This document shows, in pieces, positions 15,210 through 23,484 of a DNA stretch of 32,000 bases. The stretch is from Candidatus Nanohalobium constans (GTDB taxonomy: Archaea > Nanohalarchaeota > Nanosalinia > Nanosalinales > Nanosalinaceae), in contig NZ_CP040089.1 in assembly GCF_009617975.1 (NCBI RefSeq), positions 630,001 through 662,000 on the forward strand, written 5' to 3'. The translations under genes and the position numbers were made by a program. The stretch's first letter is position 1. Each line of letters opens with the position of its first letter. Under the pieces are notes generated by a model. It saw nothing but the letters and a program-made list of their open reading frames with translations, was not told where the DNA came from and searched no databases.

Positions 15210-16400
15210 TTATTCTGTCGAGTTTATCCGTCCGTGACCGATTAGCCGCCATCGACTGCCCACCTGTCGCGAAATCGCTACTCGGTCATTCTCCTCTACG
15301 GATACCGGCATTTTAAGGTCGAGGCGTACATGCTTACCTGCCTGAGTTACAACCCCTGCAGTCTTCGTTGTACCGATGTTAAGCATCAGTGGCTCGTGCT
15401 CTTTGATATTCTCAATCTCTTCATCGTTCTCAGCACCAACCAAACGCTCCATCAACTCGACCTCAACCTCAACAGTATCTGTAACATCCGGAAGCTCTCC
15501 TTTAAGCCCTAAGACATTTCCTGCAAGACCATCAGACTTAACCATTGACGGATCAAGATCTGTTTCAATTCCTAACAGTCCTCCAGGCCTTCCTGTTTCC
15601 ACAGGAGAGTTACCCTGGATGATACTCTGGATTTCAGTAGTGACTGTTTCGAATTTTTCCCCGTCTTTCCGGATTCCCGGCTTGAGTTCAACTTCGTCAC
15701 CAGGCTCTAGTTCTCCCTTGACCAAGCTTCCTCCAATCACTCCTCCATTCAGTTCTTCTGGGAATGTTCCTGGCTTGTTAGTATCGAAAGAACGAGCTAC
15801 AAGCATCTTAGGATCTGACTCAAGATCTCTTTCAGGGGTAGGTATCTCAGTATCAACTGCCTCTAGAAGCGCATCAATGTTGACTTCGTGCTGGGCGCTG
15901 ATCGGAATAATCGGTGCGTCTTCAGCTACCGTGCCCTCAACGAACTCTTTGATCTGTTCATAGTTTTCCTTGGCTTCCTCTTCGGAAACCAGGTCAATCT
16001 TGTTCTGCGCTATTACGATATTGTCGATTCCAGCGATGTCCAGTGCGGCCAGGTGCTCACGGGTCTGAGGCTGTGGCACTTCTTCGTCAGCAGCTACTAG
16101 AAGGACTGCACCATCCATAATGGCTGCTCCGGAGAGTACATTTGCCATCAGTGTTTCGTGGCCTGGGGCATCGACAAGAGAAACAGTTCTCTCTTCTTCC
16201 CCGTTTCCTTCGACATTTAGTTCGCCGTCATCGTTGTAGTATGTGATGTCAGCGTAACCGATTCGGATTGTGATTCCTCTCTCCAATTCCTCACTGTGCT
16301 GATCCGTCCATTCTCCGGAAAGTGCTTGTGTCAGTGTGGTCTTTCCGTGGTCTACATGCCCTACTAGGCCGATGTTTACTTCTGGAATCTGATCTGTCAC
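15210..16400 (-). CDS. eif2g: translation initiation factor aIF2 gamma subunit
   Basis: GTPase motifs GHVDHGKTTL, DAPGHE, NKIDL and SAQ, followed by domains II and III. A GTG start at 16400 is required because the conserved N-terminus lies upstream of any ATG. A GGTGA motif lies upstream. Confidence 0.95.
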   Translation of the reverse strand: MTDQIPEVNIGLVGHVDHGKTTLTQALSGEWTDQHSEELERGITIRIGYADITYYNDDGELNVEGNGEEERTVSLVDAPGHETLMANVLSGAAIMDGAVLLVAADEEVPQPQTREHLAALDIAGIDNIVIAQNKIDLVSEEEAKENYEQIKEFVEGTVAEDAPIIPISAQHEVNIDALLEAVDTEIPTPERDLESDPKMLVARSFDTNKPGTFPEELNGGVIGGSLVKGELEPGDEVELKPGIRKDGEKFETVTTEIQSIIQGNSPVETGRPGGLLGIETDLDPSMVKSDGLAGNVLGLKGELPDVTDTVEVEVELMERLVGAENDEEIENIKEHEPLMLNIGTTKTAGVVTQAGKHVRLDLKMPVSVEENDRVAISRQVGSRWRLIGHGRINSTE

Positions 16401-16459
16401 TCGAAAATCACCCAGTGATTTTCTGTGAGTCCAGAAATTCTTTGAATTTCGTTCATAAT

Positions 16460-16834
16460 TTATTCTTCTTCGTCTTCGCTTAGAAGTTCTTCGACTGATT
16501 TGCTTCCTTCTTCGACGACTGTTGTATTTAATTGTTGGATTTCGTCTGAAATTCTTTTTCCTCTAACACTTTTTCTTCTTCGGACCCCATCTTCATCTTC
16601 GTTGATTCCTTGTCCTTCTCCTATCATTACTCTTTTTCTTTCGCTTCCTTCAATGCTTTCTCTCATTGGGATTCCGGATTTGTCGCTTCCGCCAGTGATC
16701 TTCAGTGTGTATCCTGATAGACCGATTATTCCGCCTTCGAATTCGTCTCCTACTTCTTTTCCGACTAACTGGCTTGTTTCTTCTGATTCCGTCTGAAATG
16801 TTTCGCCGTCTTGTGTTCCGATTGTAATTTGCAT
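16460..16834 (-). CDS. rps6e: ribosomal protein S6e (eS6)
   Basis: GYTLKITGGSDKSGIPMR and RRRKSVRG are typical of S6e. The protein ends ...LLSEDEEE. Confidence 0.9.
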   Translation of the reverse strand: MQITIGTQDGETFQTESEETSQLVGKEVGDEFEGGIIGLSGYTLKITGGSDKSGIPMRESIEGSERKRVMIGEGQGINEDEDGVRRRKSVRGKRISDEIQQLNTTVVEEGSKSVEELLSEDEEE

Positions 16835-16952
16835 AATTTAATCTACCTCAGTTTCCCGAGCATGAAACAAATCGGAGACAACCTTTTTGAATCAAATGAG
16901 GATGTGTTGCAGGTATGAATTTTTATTCGAGAACTGAGAACCGGTTAAGTGT

Positions 16953-18371
16953 ATGAGGCTTAGAGTGGTTTCTCAGATAATCGGAAGGTTCATGCTGGTT
17001 TTTGCCCCGATACTTGCCTCACCCGTGCTGATAGGACTCTACTACTCAGAGCCTAGTCACATACTAGCTCCTTTTATCTACGCATCGATCGCCTGTTTAA
17101 TCGCTGGTTTTATCTTGAAACACGGAGGAAAGAGCAGCGACCCTTCTGTAAAGGAAGCTCTTATAGCCACAGTACTAGGATGGAGCATAGCCACCTTTCT
17201 AGGAGGCGTACCGCTTCTATCAGAGATGAGTTTCATCAACGCAGTATTTGAATCAGCAGCAGGACTGACAACCACAGGGATATCAATGTTTCTAACACCC
17301 GAGGAACTACCTAACTCAATACTTTTCTGGAGATCATTGATGCAGTGGGTTGGCGGACTTGGAATTCTAACCTTCTTCATAGCAGTTATAAGAGAAAGCG
17401 GAGGCATCTCCCGCAGACTCTTCTCCGCTGAGACACATAAGACAGATCCAGGCAGCATAAGACCTTCACTTAGAAAGTCTATAATCGAACTCTGGCGCGT
17501 ATACGGATTCATCACCTCAGTAATCATAGGAACATTCGTCGCCCTAGGGATGACGCCTTTCAACGCTATCACTCACGGTTTCTCCACTTTATCTACAGGA
17601 GGCTTCTCAACGACCAGCCAAAGCCTTGGAGGTTTCTCGCCGGAGATCCAGGCTGCCACAATCCCATTCATGTTTATAGGTGGAGTTAACTTTGTCTTAC
17701 TTTACAGGTTCCTGCGTGGAGAGGCTAGTGCATTGAAGAACTCCGAATTAAAGATGTATATGCAGATCTTTATCGCCATGACAGGAGTCTTCTTCCTCGG
17801 ATATATGGGAAGTAGCAGCGCTCTTCTCGACTCAGCCTTCCAGTCCGCAGCCATTATTTCTTCCACAGGATTTGGGACTGCCTCACTCCTCACGCTTTCA
17901 ACAGCAATTCAAGTTGTGATAATTGCTGCAATGTTTGCTGGAGGATCTGTTGGCTCAACTGCGGGAGGAATCAAAGTTTTCAGATTGAAAGCATTGATAG
18001 AACTTGTTAAAACCCGTATCCGAGCTTACAGCCTTCCGGAAACTGCTGTTAACGAGGTTAAGATTGATGAAGAAATAATGGATAGGTCGACCATCAGAAC
18101 CATCTCAGTGCTGTTCTTTGTCTGGGTTGTGGTCGTTTTCGCTGGCACTGTCTCTGTTCTAGCTCTTGATGGCGTTACCTTCGAGGCAGCCCTGTCTGGG
18201 GCGGTTTCCTCAGCAGGAAACATGGGACCGGTGTTTATGGAGGGCGGACAGATGGTAGAGCTGAGCTGGATGAGCAAAAGTATCTGGATCCTGTTGATGT
18301 TGGCGGGTCGTCTGGAGATGCTTCCGCTTCTGGCAATATTTAATAGGAGCTTTCTCCCAGATTCAAAGTAA
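16953..18371 (+). CDS. trkH: TrkH/KtrB-family K+ transporter membrane subunit
   Basis: A 472-aa polytopic protein with repeated pore-loop-like segments (AAGLTTTGIS, LSTGGFST, ISSTGFGT, GSTAGGIKV). Confidence 0.9.
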   Translation: MRLRVVSQIIGRFMLVFAPILASPVLIGLYYSEPSHILAPFIYASIACLIAGFILKHGGKSSDPSVKEALIATVLGWSIATFLGGVPLLSEMSFINAVFESAAGLTTTGISMFLTPEELPNSILFWRSLMQWVGGLGILTFFIAVIRESGGISRRLFSAETHKTDPGSIRPSLRKSIIELWRVYGFITSVIIGTFVALGMTPFNAITHGFSTLSTGGFSTTSQSLGGFSPEIQAATIPFMFIGGVNFVLLYRFLRGEASALKNSELKMYMQIFIAMTGVFFLGYMGSSSALLDSAFQSAAIISSTGFGTASLLTLSTAIQVVIIAAMFAGGSVGSTAGGIKVFRLKALIELVKTRIRAYSLPETAVNEVKIDEEIMDRSTIRTISVLFFVWVVVVFAGTVSVLALDGVTFEAALSGAVSSAGNMGPVFMEGGQMVELSWMSKSIWILLMLAGRLEMLPLLAIFNRSFLPDSK

Positions 18372-19030
18372 TGTACATTGTAATCACCGGAATCAACACA
18401 CTTTCCAGAAGACTGGTTGACAGACTGGAAGGCAGACACGATGTGGTAGTAATAGAAGAGGACGAAGACAAATGTGAGAGACTGTACTCTTCAAGCGGGG
18501 CAACAGTCATTAACAAAGCACCGTCAACACTTTCAGCACTGGAAGACGCTGGAATAACACAAGCCGATGTACTGATCTCAACACAGAAAGACGACAACGA
18601 AAACATGGTAGTATGCTCACTCGGGAAAAAATACGGTGTGCCAAAAGTAGTCTCACGGATGGAAGACGACGAATACTTCGAAGCATTCCAGATAATCGAC
18701 GCACAAGCCATCGGACACACAGACCTACTTCTCTCAGAATTCCTATCAGCAGTAGAACACCCCTACCTCGTGAAACTGGCTAACCTTTCAGGCGACAGAG
18801 AAGTATTGAAAGCATCAATCAAAGACGACTCCTCTCTCCGTGGAAAAACAATCAAACAGATGAAACACCGAAAGAAATTCCCAAACGAATTCCTCGTCAC
18901 TTCAATAATAAAAGAAGAAGACACCATGAATGCCGAACCAGAAACTGAGATAGAGGAAGAAGACTCAATAATACTTATAGGACCTCAAGACGAGAAAGAA
19001 AAACTGGACAAGTTCTTCCAGAATCAATGA
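18371..19030 (+). CDS. trkA: TrkA-type RCK regulatory subunit (TrkA-N plus TrkA-C)
   Basis: The N-terminus MYIVITGINTLSRRLVDRLEGRHDVVVIEEDEDK is Rossmann-like. A C-terminal TrkA-C-like segment is present (LKASIKDDSSLRGKTIKQM...DSIILIGP). The start overlaps the trkH stop (TAATG). Confidence 0.85.
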   Translation: MYIVITGINTLSRRLVDRLEGRHDVVVIEEDEDKCERLYSSSGATVINKAPSTLSALEDAGITQADVLISTQKDDNENMVVCSLGKKYGVPKVVSRMEDDEYFEAFQIIDAQAIGHTDLLLSEFLSAVEHPYLVKLANLSGDREVLKASIKDDSSLRGKTIKQMKHRKKFPNEFLVTSIIKEEDTMNAEPETEIEEEDSIILIGPQDEKEKLDKFFQNQ

Positions 19031-19057
19031 TTTAAGATTTTATAAGCCGTTTAGAAT

Positions 19058-19351
19058 GTGAGCTTGCATAGGGAAAAAATAGGCAGGTTCCTTGAGGAGT
19101 CTGAATACCTTAAGGAGAACGCGAAGAATAGCGGCTGCATAGAAAAAGAGGAATTTAACGAAAATTCTAGGCGGGTGTATGAGGCACTGGAAGATATTCA
19201 TGACTCCTATCAAGAACTTGGTATTGACGAGCTCGATGAAGAAAGAACTAAATTCGCTTACTGGGCGTATGAGAAAGCCTTTGAGTTGTTAAGTGAGGCA
19301 GAATCAGAGGCGAATGAAGAGGAAGAATTCAAAATGCCCTGGAACCAATAA
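19058..19351 (+). CDS. hypothetical small acidic helical protein
   Basis: A 97-codon ORF that fills the gap between trkA and phr on the same strand. It has only GTG/TTG start options. I recognised no family. Confidence 0.4.
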   Translation: MSLHREKIGRFLEESEYLKENAKNSGCIEKEEFNENSRRVYEALEDIHDSYQELGIDELDEERTKFAYWAYEKAFELLSEAESEANEEEEFKMPWNQ

Positions 19352-19366
19352 TCAATTGAAGTAAAA

Positions 19367-20782
19367 ATGACAGCCATAGTCTGGATCAGAAGAAGCCTCA
19401 GAGAACACGACAACACAGCCCTAGTAGAAGCCTCTAAAGAACACGAAAAAGTAATACCCTTCTACTGCGTAGACGAAAACTACTTTGAAAACTCGACTCT
19501 AGGCCACCCAAGAGTTAAGTTCTGGCACGACAGCCTGAAAGAACTCAGAGATAATCTAGGCGATGAAAAGGGAAAAGAGCTCATAGTTCGAAAAGGCAAA
19601 CCCGTCGAAGAACTACAGAAACTAATAAAAGAAACTGATGCGGACGCAGTCTACCATAACAGAGACTATACCCCGTACAGCAGGGAAAGAGACCAGAAAG
19701 TTCAAGAAGAACTGGAGATACCTGTTGAGACATTCAAGGACATCGTCATGTTCGAGAAAGAGGAAATACTGACTAACTCAGGAACCCCCTACAAAGTCTA
19801 CACATACTACAGCAAAAAATGGTTCAAAAACGAAAAGAAGAGACCGCAGGAAGTTAAAGAATACAAGACACCAGAACTAGAATCTGATGAAATCCCCTCG
19901 CTGAAAGAATTAGGATACGAAAAACCTGAAGACATGGAAGTCTGGGAAGGCGGAAGAGAAAACGGCCTGGAACGAATAGAAGACTTCAAAGATAAGATCT
20001 GGAACTACGACGAAAATAGAGACTATGCATGGAAAGATGCGACCAGCAAACTTTCCCCTCACCTAAAGTTCGGAACAGTCTCAATCAGAGAGGTATTCTG
20101 GGAAGCAGAGAGAATCAAAGCCAGAAACCCAAACGACGATACCTCCGGAATCAAGACCTGGCAAGAGGAGCTGGCCTGGCGAGACTTCTACATACAGGTA
20201 CTCTGGAACTGGCCAGAAACCACAGAAAAACCATTCCTAGAACAGTACGAGGAAATAGAGTGGCGTTCAAAAGAGGAAGCTGAGGAAGATTGGGAAGCAT
20301 GGATAAACGGAGAAACCGGAGTACCGTTTGTCGACGCAGGCATGAGACAGTTGAAAAAGACCGGGTGGATGCACAACCGACTAAGGATGGTAGTAACATC
20401 ATTTGCATGTAAAGACCTCTGGCTGGACTGGAAAGACGTACACGAATACTTCAACAAGATGTTTATCGATGCGGAGATCGCCTCAATGGTCGGAGGAATC
20501 CAGTGGGCCTACAGTATAGGAACAGATGCACAGCCGTACTTCAGAGTCTTCAACCCATTCACTCAGGGAGAAGACTACGACCCGGACGGAAAATACATCA
20601 GAAAATGGGTTCCAGAACTCGAAGATGTTCCCGACGAACATATCCACAAGCCGCATGAGATGAATCAAATCGAACAGGAAAACTGCGGAGTAAAAATAGG
20701 AGAAGACTACCCTGAACCTATTATCGACCATGATGAGGAGAGGAAGAAGGCTGTTGAGAGGTTTGAAGATAAAAAAGATTAG
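19367..20782 (+). CDS. phr: deoxyribodipyrimidine photolyase (photolyase/cryptochrome family)
   Basis: The N-terminus IVWIRRSLREHDNTAL is typical. The FAD-binding region reads TGVPFVDAGMRQLKKTGWMHNRLRMVVTSFACKDL and GGIQWAYSIGTDAQPYFRVFNP. Confidence 0.9.
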   Translation: MTAIVWIRRSLREHDNTALVEASKEHEKVIPFYCVDENYFENSTLGHPRVKFWHDSLKELRDNLGDEKGKELIVRKGKPVEELQKLIKETDADAVYHNRDYTPYSRERDQKVQEELEIPVETFKDIVMFEKEEILTNSGTPYKVYTYYSKKWFKNEKKRPQEVKEYKTPELESDEIPSLKELGYEKPEDMEVWEGGRENGLERIEDFKDKIWNYDENRDYAWKDATSKLSPHLKFGTVSIREVFWEAERIKARNPNDDTSGIKTWQEELAWRDFYIQVLWNWPETTEKPFLEQYEEIEWRSKEEAEEDWEAWINGETGVPFVDAGMRQLKKTGWMHNRLRMVVTSFACKDLWLDWKDVHEYFNKMFIDAEIASMVGGIQWAYSIGTDAQPYFRVFNPFTQGEDYDPDGKYIRKWVPELEDVPDEHIHKPHEMNQIEQENCGVKIGEDYPEPIIDHDEERKKAVERFEDKKD

Positions 20783-20799
20783 GATTTTACCCCATTTCT

Positions 20800-22020
20800 G
20801 TGAGTCGAGAATTTCTTTGGGGTGCGTCCATGTCTCCACACCAGGTTGAGGGACATAATGAAAATAACTGGACAGAATGGGAGAAGAATAATGCTGAGAA
20901 GTTAGCAAAAGAGGCAGAATCCAGTTTTGGATCGTTAAAAATTTGGGATAAAATAAGTGAGAAAGCTACTTCTCCCCAAAATTACATGTCAGGCGAAGCT
21001 ATCAACCATAAGAACCGGTACAAGGAAGATATACAGCTTGCACAAGATATGGGTCTTAATGCTTTCCGTTTTGGAATTGAATGGTCTAGAGTAGAACCAA
21101 AAGAAGGAGAATTTTCAGAGGAAGCAATAAGCTACTATCGGGATTATATCTCCGAAGTCAGAGAAAATGGAATGGAGCCAATAGTCACTCTATGGCATTT
21201 CACGAATCCTAAATGGTTTTCTGAAAAAGGAGGATGGACCAACCCAGAAAACAAAGATTATTTTCTCAGATATGTTGAAAAAGTAATAGACGAATTTGGA
21301 GACAAAGTTACATACTGGATAACCTTAAACGAACCCTTAGGATTTATCTTTAATGCGTATATAATGGGTAATTGGGCTCCAGGGAGAAAAGCACCCTACT
21401 CCGCATTTAAATGCCTTAGAAATTTCCTATCAGTGCATAAAAAGACCTACGCTGAGATAAAAAGAAATCACCCTGATTCAATGGTTGCAACAGCTAACAA
21501 TATGACGAATTTCAACGCAGTAAATGACTTAATACCAAATAAGGTGATTGCGAAGGCATTAAGACGCATAGAAAGAGGTTACCTAATTGAGAAAACAATA
21601 GAGGAGCAGGACTTCATCGGAGTAAATCATTATTTTAAACATGATATTGACTTGTTAGGTCGAACATCAGAAGAAATAAAATCAGATCTTGGCTGGAGTC
21701 AGTCACCACAAAGCCTTGTCAGAGTAGTTGAGGAAATGTCAAAATGGGACAAACCTATACTCATAACAGAACACGGTATAGCAGACAGTAATGATGAGAA
21801 AAGAAAATCATATCTTCAGGAGTCTCTCTCAGAACTGGAAAATGCTGAAAACACAGAGATTCTAGGGTACCTCCACTGGAGCCTGCTAGATAATTTTGAA
21901 TGGGATAAAGGATTTTGGCCTAGATTCGGCTTAATAGAAATAGATTATGAAAACAATCTGGAAAGAAATATTAGAGATAGTGGCAAGCTCTACTCTCAAA
22001 TTATAAAAAAACTCAATTAG
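20800..22020 (+). CDS. glycoside hydrolase family 1 (beta-glucosidase/beta-galactosidase-like)
   Basis: Motifs FLWGASMSPHQVEG, FRFGIEWSRVEP, TLNEP (acid/base Glu), ITEHGIA (nucleophile Glu) and HWSLLDNFEW. A GTG start is required because the conserved FLWG precedes the first ATG. Confidence 0.85.
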   Translation: MSREFLWGASMSPHQVEGHNENNWTEWEKNNAEKLAKEAESSFGSLKIWDKISEKATSPQNYMSGEAINHKNRYKEDIQLAQDMGLNAFRFGIEWSRVEPKEGEFSEEAISYYRDYISEVRENGMEPIVTLWHFTNPKWFSEKGGWTNPENKDYFLRYVEKVIDEFGDKVTYWITLNEPLGFIFNAYIMGNWAPGRKAPYSAFKCLRNFLSVHKKTYAEIKRNHPDSMVATANNMTNFNAVNDLIPNKVIAKALRRIERGYLIEKTIEEQDFIGVNHYFKHDIDLLGRTSEEIKSDLGWSQSPQSLVRVVEEMSKWDKPILITEHGIADSNDEKRKSYLQESLSELENAENTEILGYLHWSLLDNFEWDKGFWPRFGLIEIDYENNLERNIRDSGKLYSQIIKKLN

Positions 22021-22021
22021 A

Positions 22022-23368
22022 TTAGATTTTCTTTTTTACCCTATACCATGTCTTATTTCTCCCTAATAGAAACTCAACAAAGGATTTTATCGTTATCAAG
22101 CTGAATATAGGGAAGATAAAGGGAGAAACAGGCCAAGATTTGATTCTTCCAATCCGGTTCTCAGATAGAGAATTATTCACGAGACCAGATATAGCAATCA
22201 GATAAATTATTAATACAGGGAGGATGTAGATTGAACTTACTCCCATAAAGACCAGCAACAAGAACTTAGATACAAGGAGAAGCATAAAAAAACTTCCAAA
22301 GATACTAAATACTCCCAGCAATACAGATAAAAAACTTCTACTACTCCAATTTCTCCTTAAAATACCTATATTTTTGCTGAGGACTTGGAAATACCCCAAC
22401 ATCCATCTTTTTCTCTGACACCACCAATCATCAAAACAGACAGGAGAAGCTTCCCTTGAACCCAATTTAAGAAAAGTTGACACATTCAAATCATTCCTAT
22501 AAGTTCTGAAAGCATAATCTATATCCTCAGTAAGTAATTCCTCATCAAACTTCCCTAATTTATTCAATTTTTCTCTCTTGAAAATTGTTGATTTCGTTAG
22601 TACAAGCCTGAACCCAGTAATATATCTAGTTAGCTGGCGAGGTAGCTTAAAGAACAAATCCTGATAGTATGTCAAACCTCCAAAAAAATCCTGAGATTCA
22701 GGCATATTTCTCCCTTGCACCACATCACTAGAATTATTGAGTTCTACTACTGCAGAAGAAATAAACTCTTCATCAACCACCTGATCAGCGTCAAAGAAAC
22801 CAACATAATCAGACTCAGTATTCTCAACAGCATAATTCAACGCACCCGCCTTACTTCCCGGATAACCATTAACCATGTACTCGAATCCATCAAACCTTTC
22901 CTGCAACCCTTCAGCTATATTCAAACCTTCCTCATCATCTTCCTCCAAAACACCAACAACCTTCAAATCTTCATAATCCGATCCTAGTAAGGACTCAACA
23001 CTTCTATGCAGAACATCAGCATCCTGATAACTCGGAACAACACACACAACAGAACCCCCTGCATCACCATAGTCAACATCACTCCAAGAAAAAAGCCTAT
23101 ACCCAAAAATCAAGGCTGAGAAAAAGAAAAAAGCAGCAAAACCCAGACTGGAAGAAACAGCATCCAAAAAAGCAAACTCAACAACCACAAAAAACAAATC
23201 CAGAGTAAAACTTTGCACCTGAACACCCTGAAAAACACCAAACAACAACAGCACAACAACTACAAAAGCAAAAACACCACGCTCCAACCACTTAGACAAC
23301 AAACCCACAACAAAACAAACAGAAACAAAAAAGTAAAAAACCTCAGCAAAACCCCTCCCGAAACCCAA
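22022..23368 (-). CDS. processive family-2 glycosyltransferase (cellulose/chitin/PNAG-synthase-like) with flanking TM helices
   Basis: The D, DxD, TED, QxxRW signature is present: VVPSYQDADV, FFDADQV, LLTEDIDYAF and CQRKRWMLG. There are about 3 N-terminal and about 4 C-terminal TM helices. The start is uncertain (TTG at 23368, no early ATG). Confidence 0.8.
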   Translation of the reverse strand: MGFGRGFAEVFYFFVSVCFVVGLLSKWLERGVFAFVVVVLLLFGVFQGVQVQSFTLDLFFVVVEFAFLDAVSSSLGFAAFFFFSALIFGYRLFSWSDVDYGDAGGSVVCVVPSYQDADVLHRSVESLLGSDYEDLKVVGVLEEDDEEGLNIAEGLQERFDGFEYMVNGYPGSKAGALNYAVENTESDYVGFFDADQVVDEEFISSAVVELNNSSDVVQGRNMPESQDFFGGLTYYQDLFFKLPRQLTRYITGFRLVLTKSTIFKREKLNKLGKFDEELLTEDIDYAFRTYRNDLNVSTFLKLGSREASPVCFDDWWCQRKRWMLGYFQVLSKNIGILRRNWSSRSFLSVLLGVFSIFGSFFMLLLVSKFLLLVFMGVSSIYILPVLIIYLIAISGLVNNSLSENRIGRIKSWPVSPFIFPIFSLITIKSFVEFLLGRNKTWYRVKKKI

Positions 23369-23484
23369 AAAACTAGTCCAAAAACAGCCTCAACAACCAA
23401 AAACAAAACATAACACCCAAAAAAACACTTCTCCCACCACAAACATCAAATTTACTTAAAACCCGATAGCCAATACAATAAACA
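23040..23484. other. extreme A+C-rich (G- and T-poor) tract on the plus strand
   Basis: Runs such as aaacaacaacagcacaacaactacaaaagcaaaaacaccac contain almost no T and few G for about 450 nt. The tract spans the 5' part of the GT2 gene and the whole divergent intergenic spacer. Confidence 0.7.
23451..23461 (+). promoter_or_regulatory. TATA-like box upstream of the surface-protein gene
   Basis: TTTACTTAAAA lies 24-34 nt upstream of the GTG at 23485. This fits a leaderless transcript. Confidence 0.25.

Noticed and set aside
15376-15963. A 195-aa plus-strand ORF, with 15330..15512 and 15888..16100, antisense to aIF2-gamma
   Set aside because: These lie entirely inside the strongly supported aIF2-gamma CDS on the other strand. 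Their products are Ser/Pro/Leu-rich low-complexity sequence with no motifs. This is a typical antisense shadow ORF.
11987-16834. The idea that the RimK-like ligase lies near the S6 gene because RimK modifies ribosomal protein S6
   Set aside because: RimK's known substrate is bacterial bS6. The nearby gene encodes eS6/S6e, which is not homologous to bS6. The shared name is a coincidence. Only the Glu-rich C-terminus of S6e is kept, as a weak and separate hypothesis.
17078-18720. Minus-strand ORFs 17078..17572, 17702..17893, 18026..18439, 18340..18720 and 18510..18704
   Set aside because: They are antisense to the trkH and trkA genes, which have clear family motifs. Their products are low-complexity (S/R/L-rich). 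There is no room for independent genes.
23260-23442. A 60-aa minus-strand ORF upstream of, and overlapping, the GT2 start. It could suggest a frameshifted longer GT2 N-terminus
   Set aside because: The minus strand here almost lacks A, so stop codons cannot occur and all frames stay open. This is a compositional artefact, not evidence of a frameshift.
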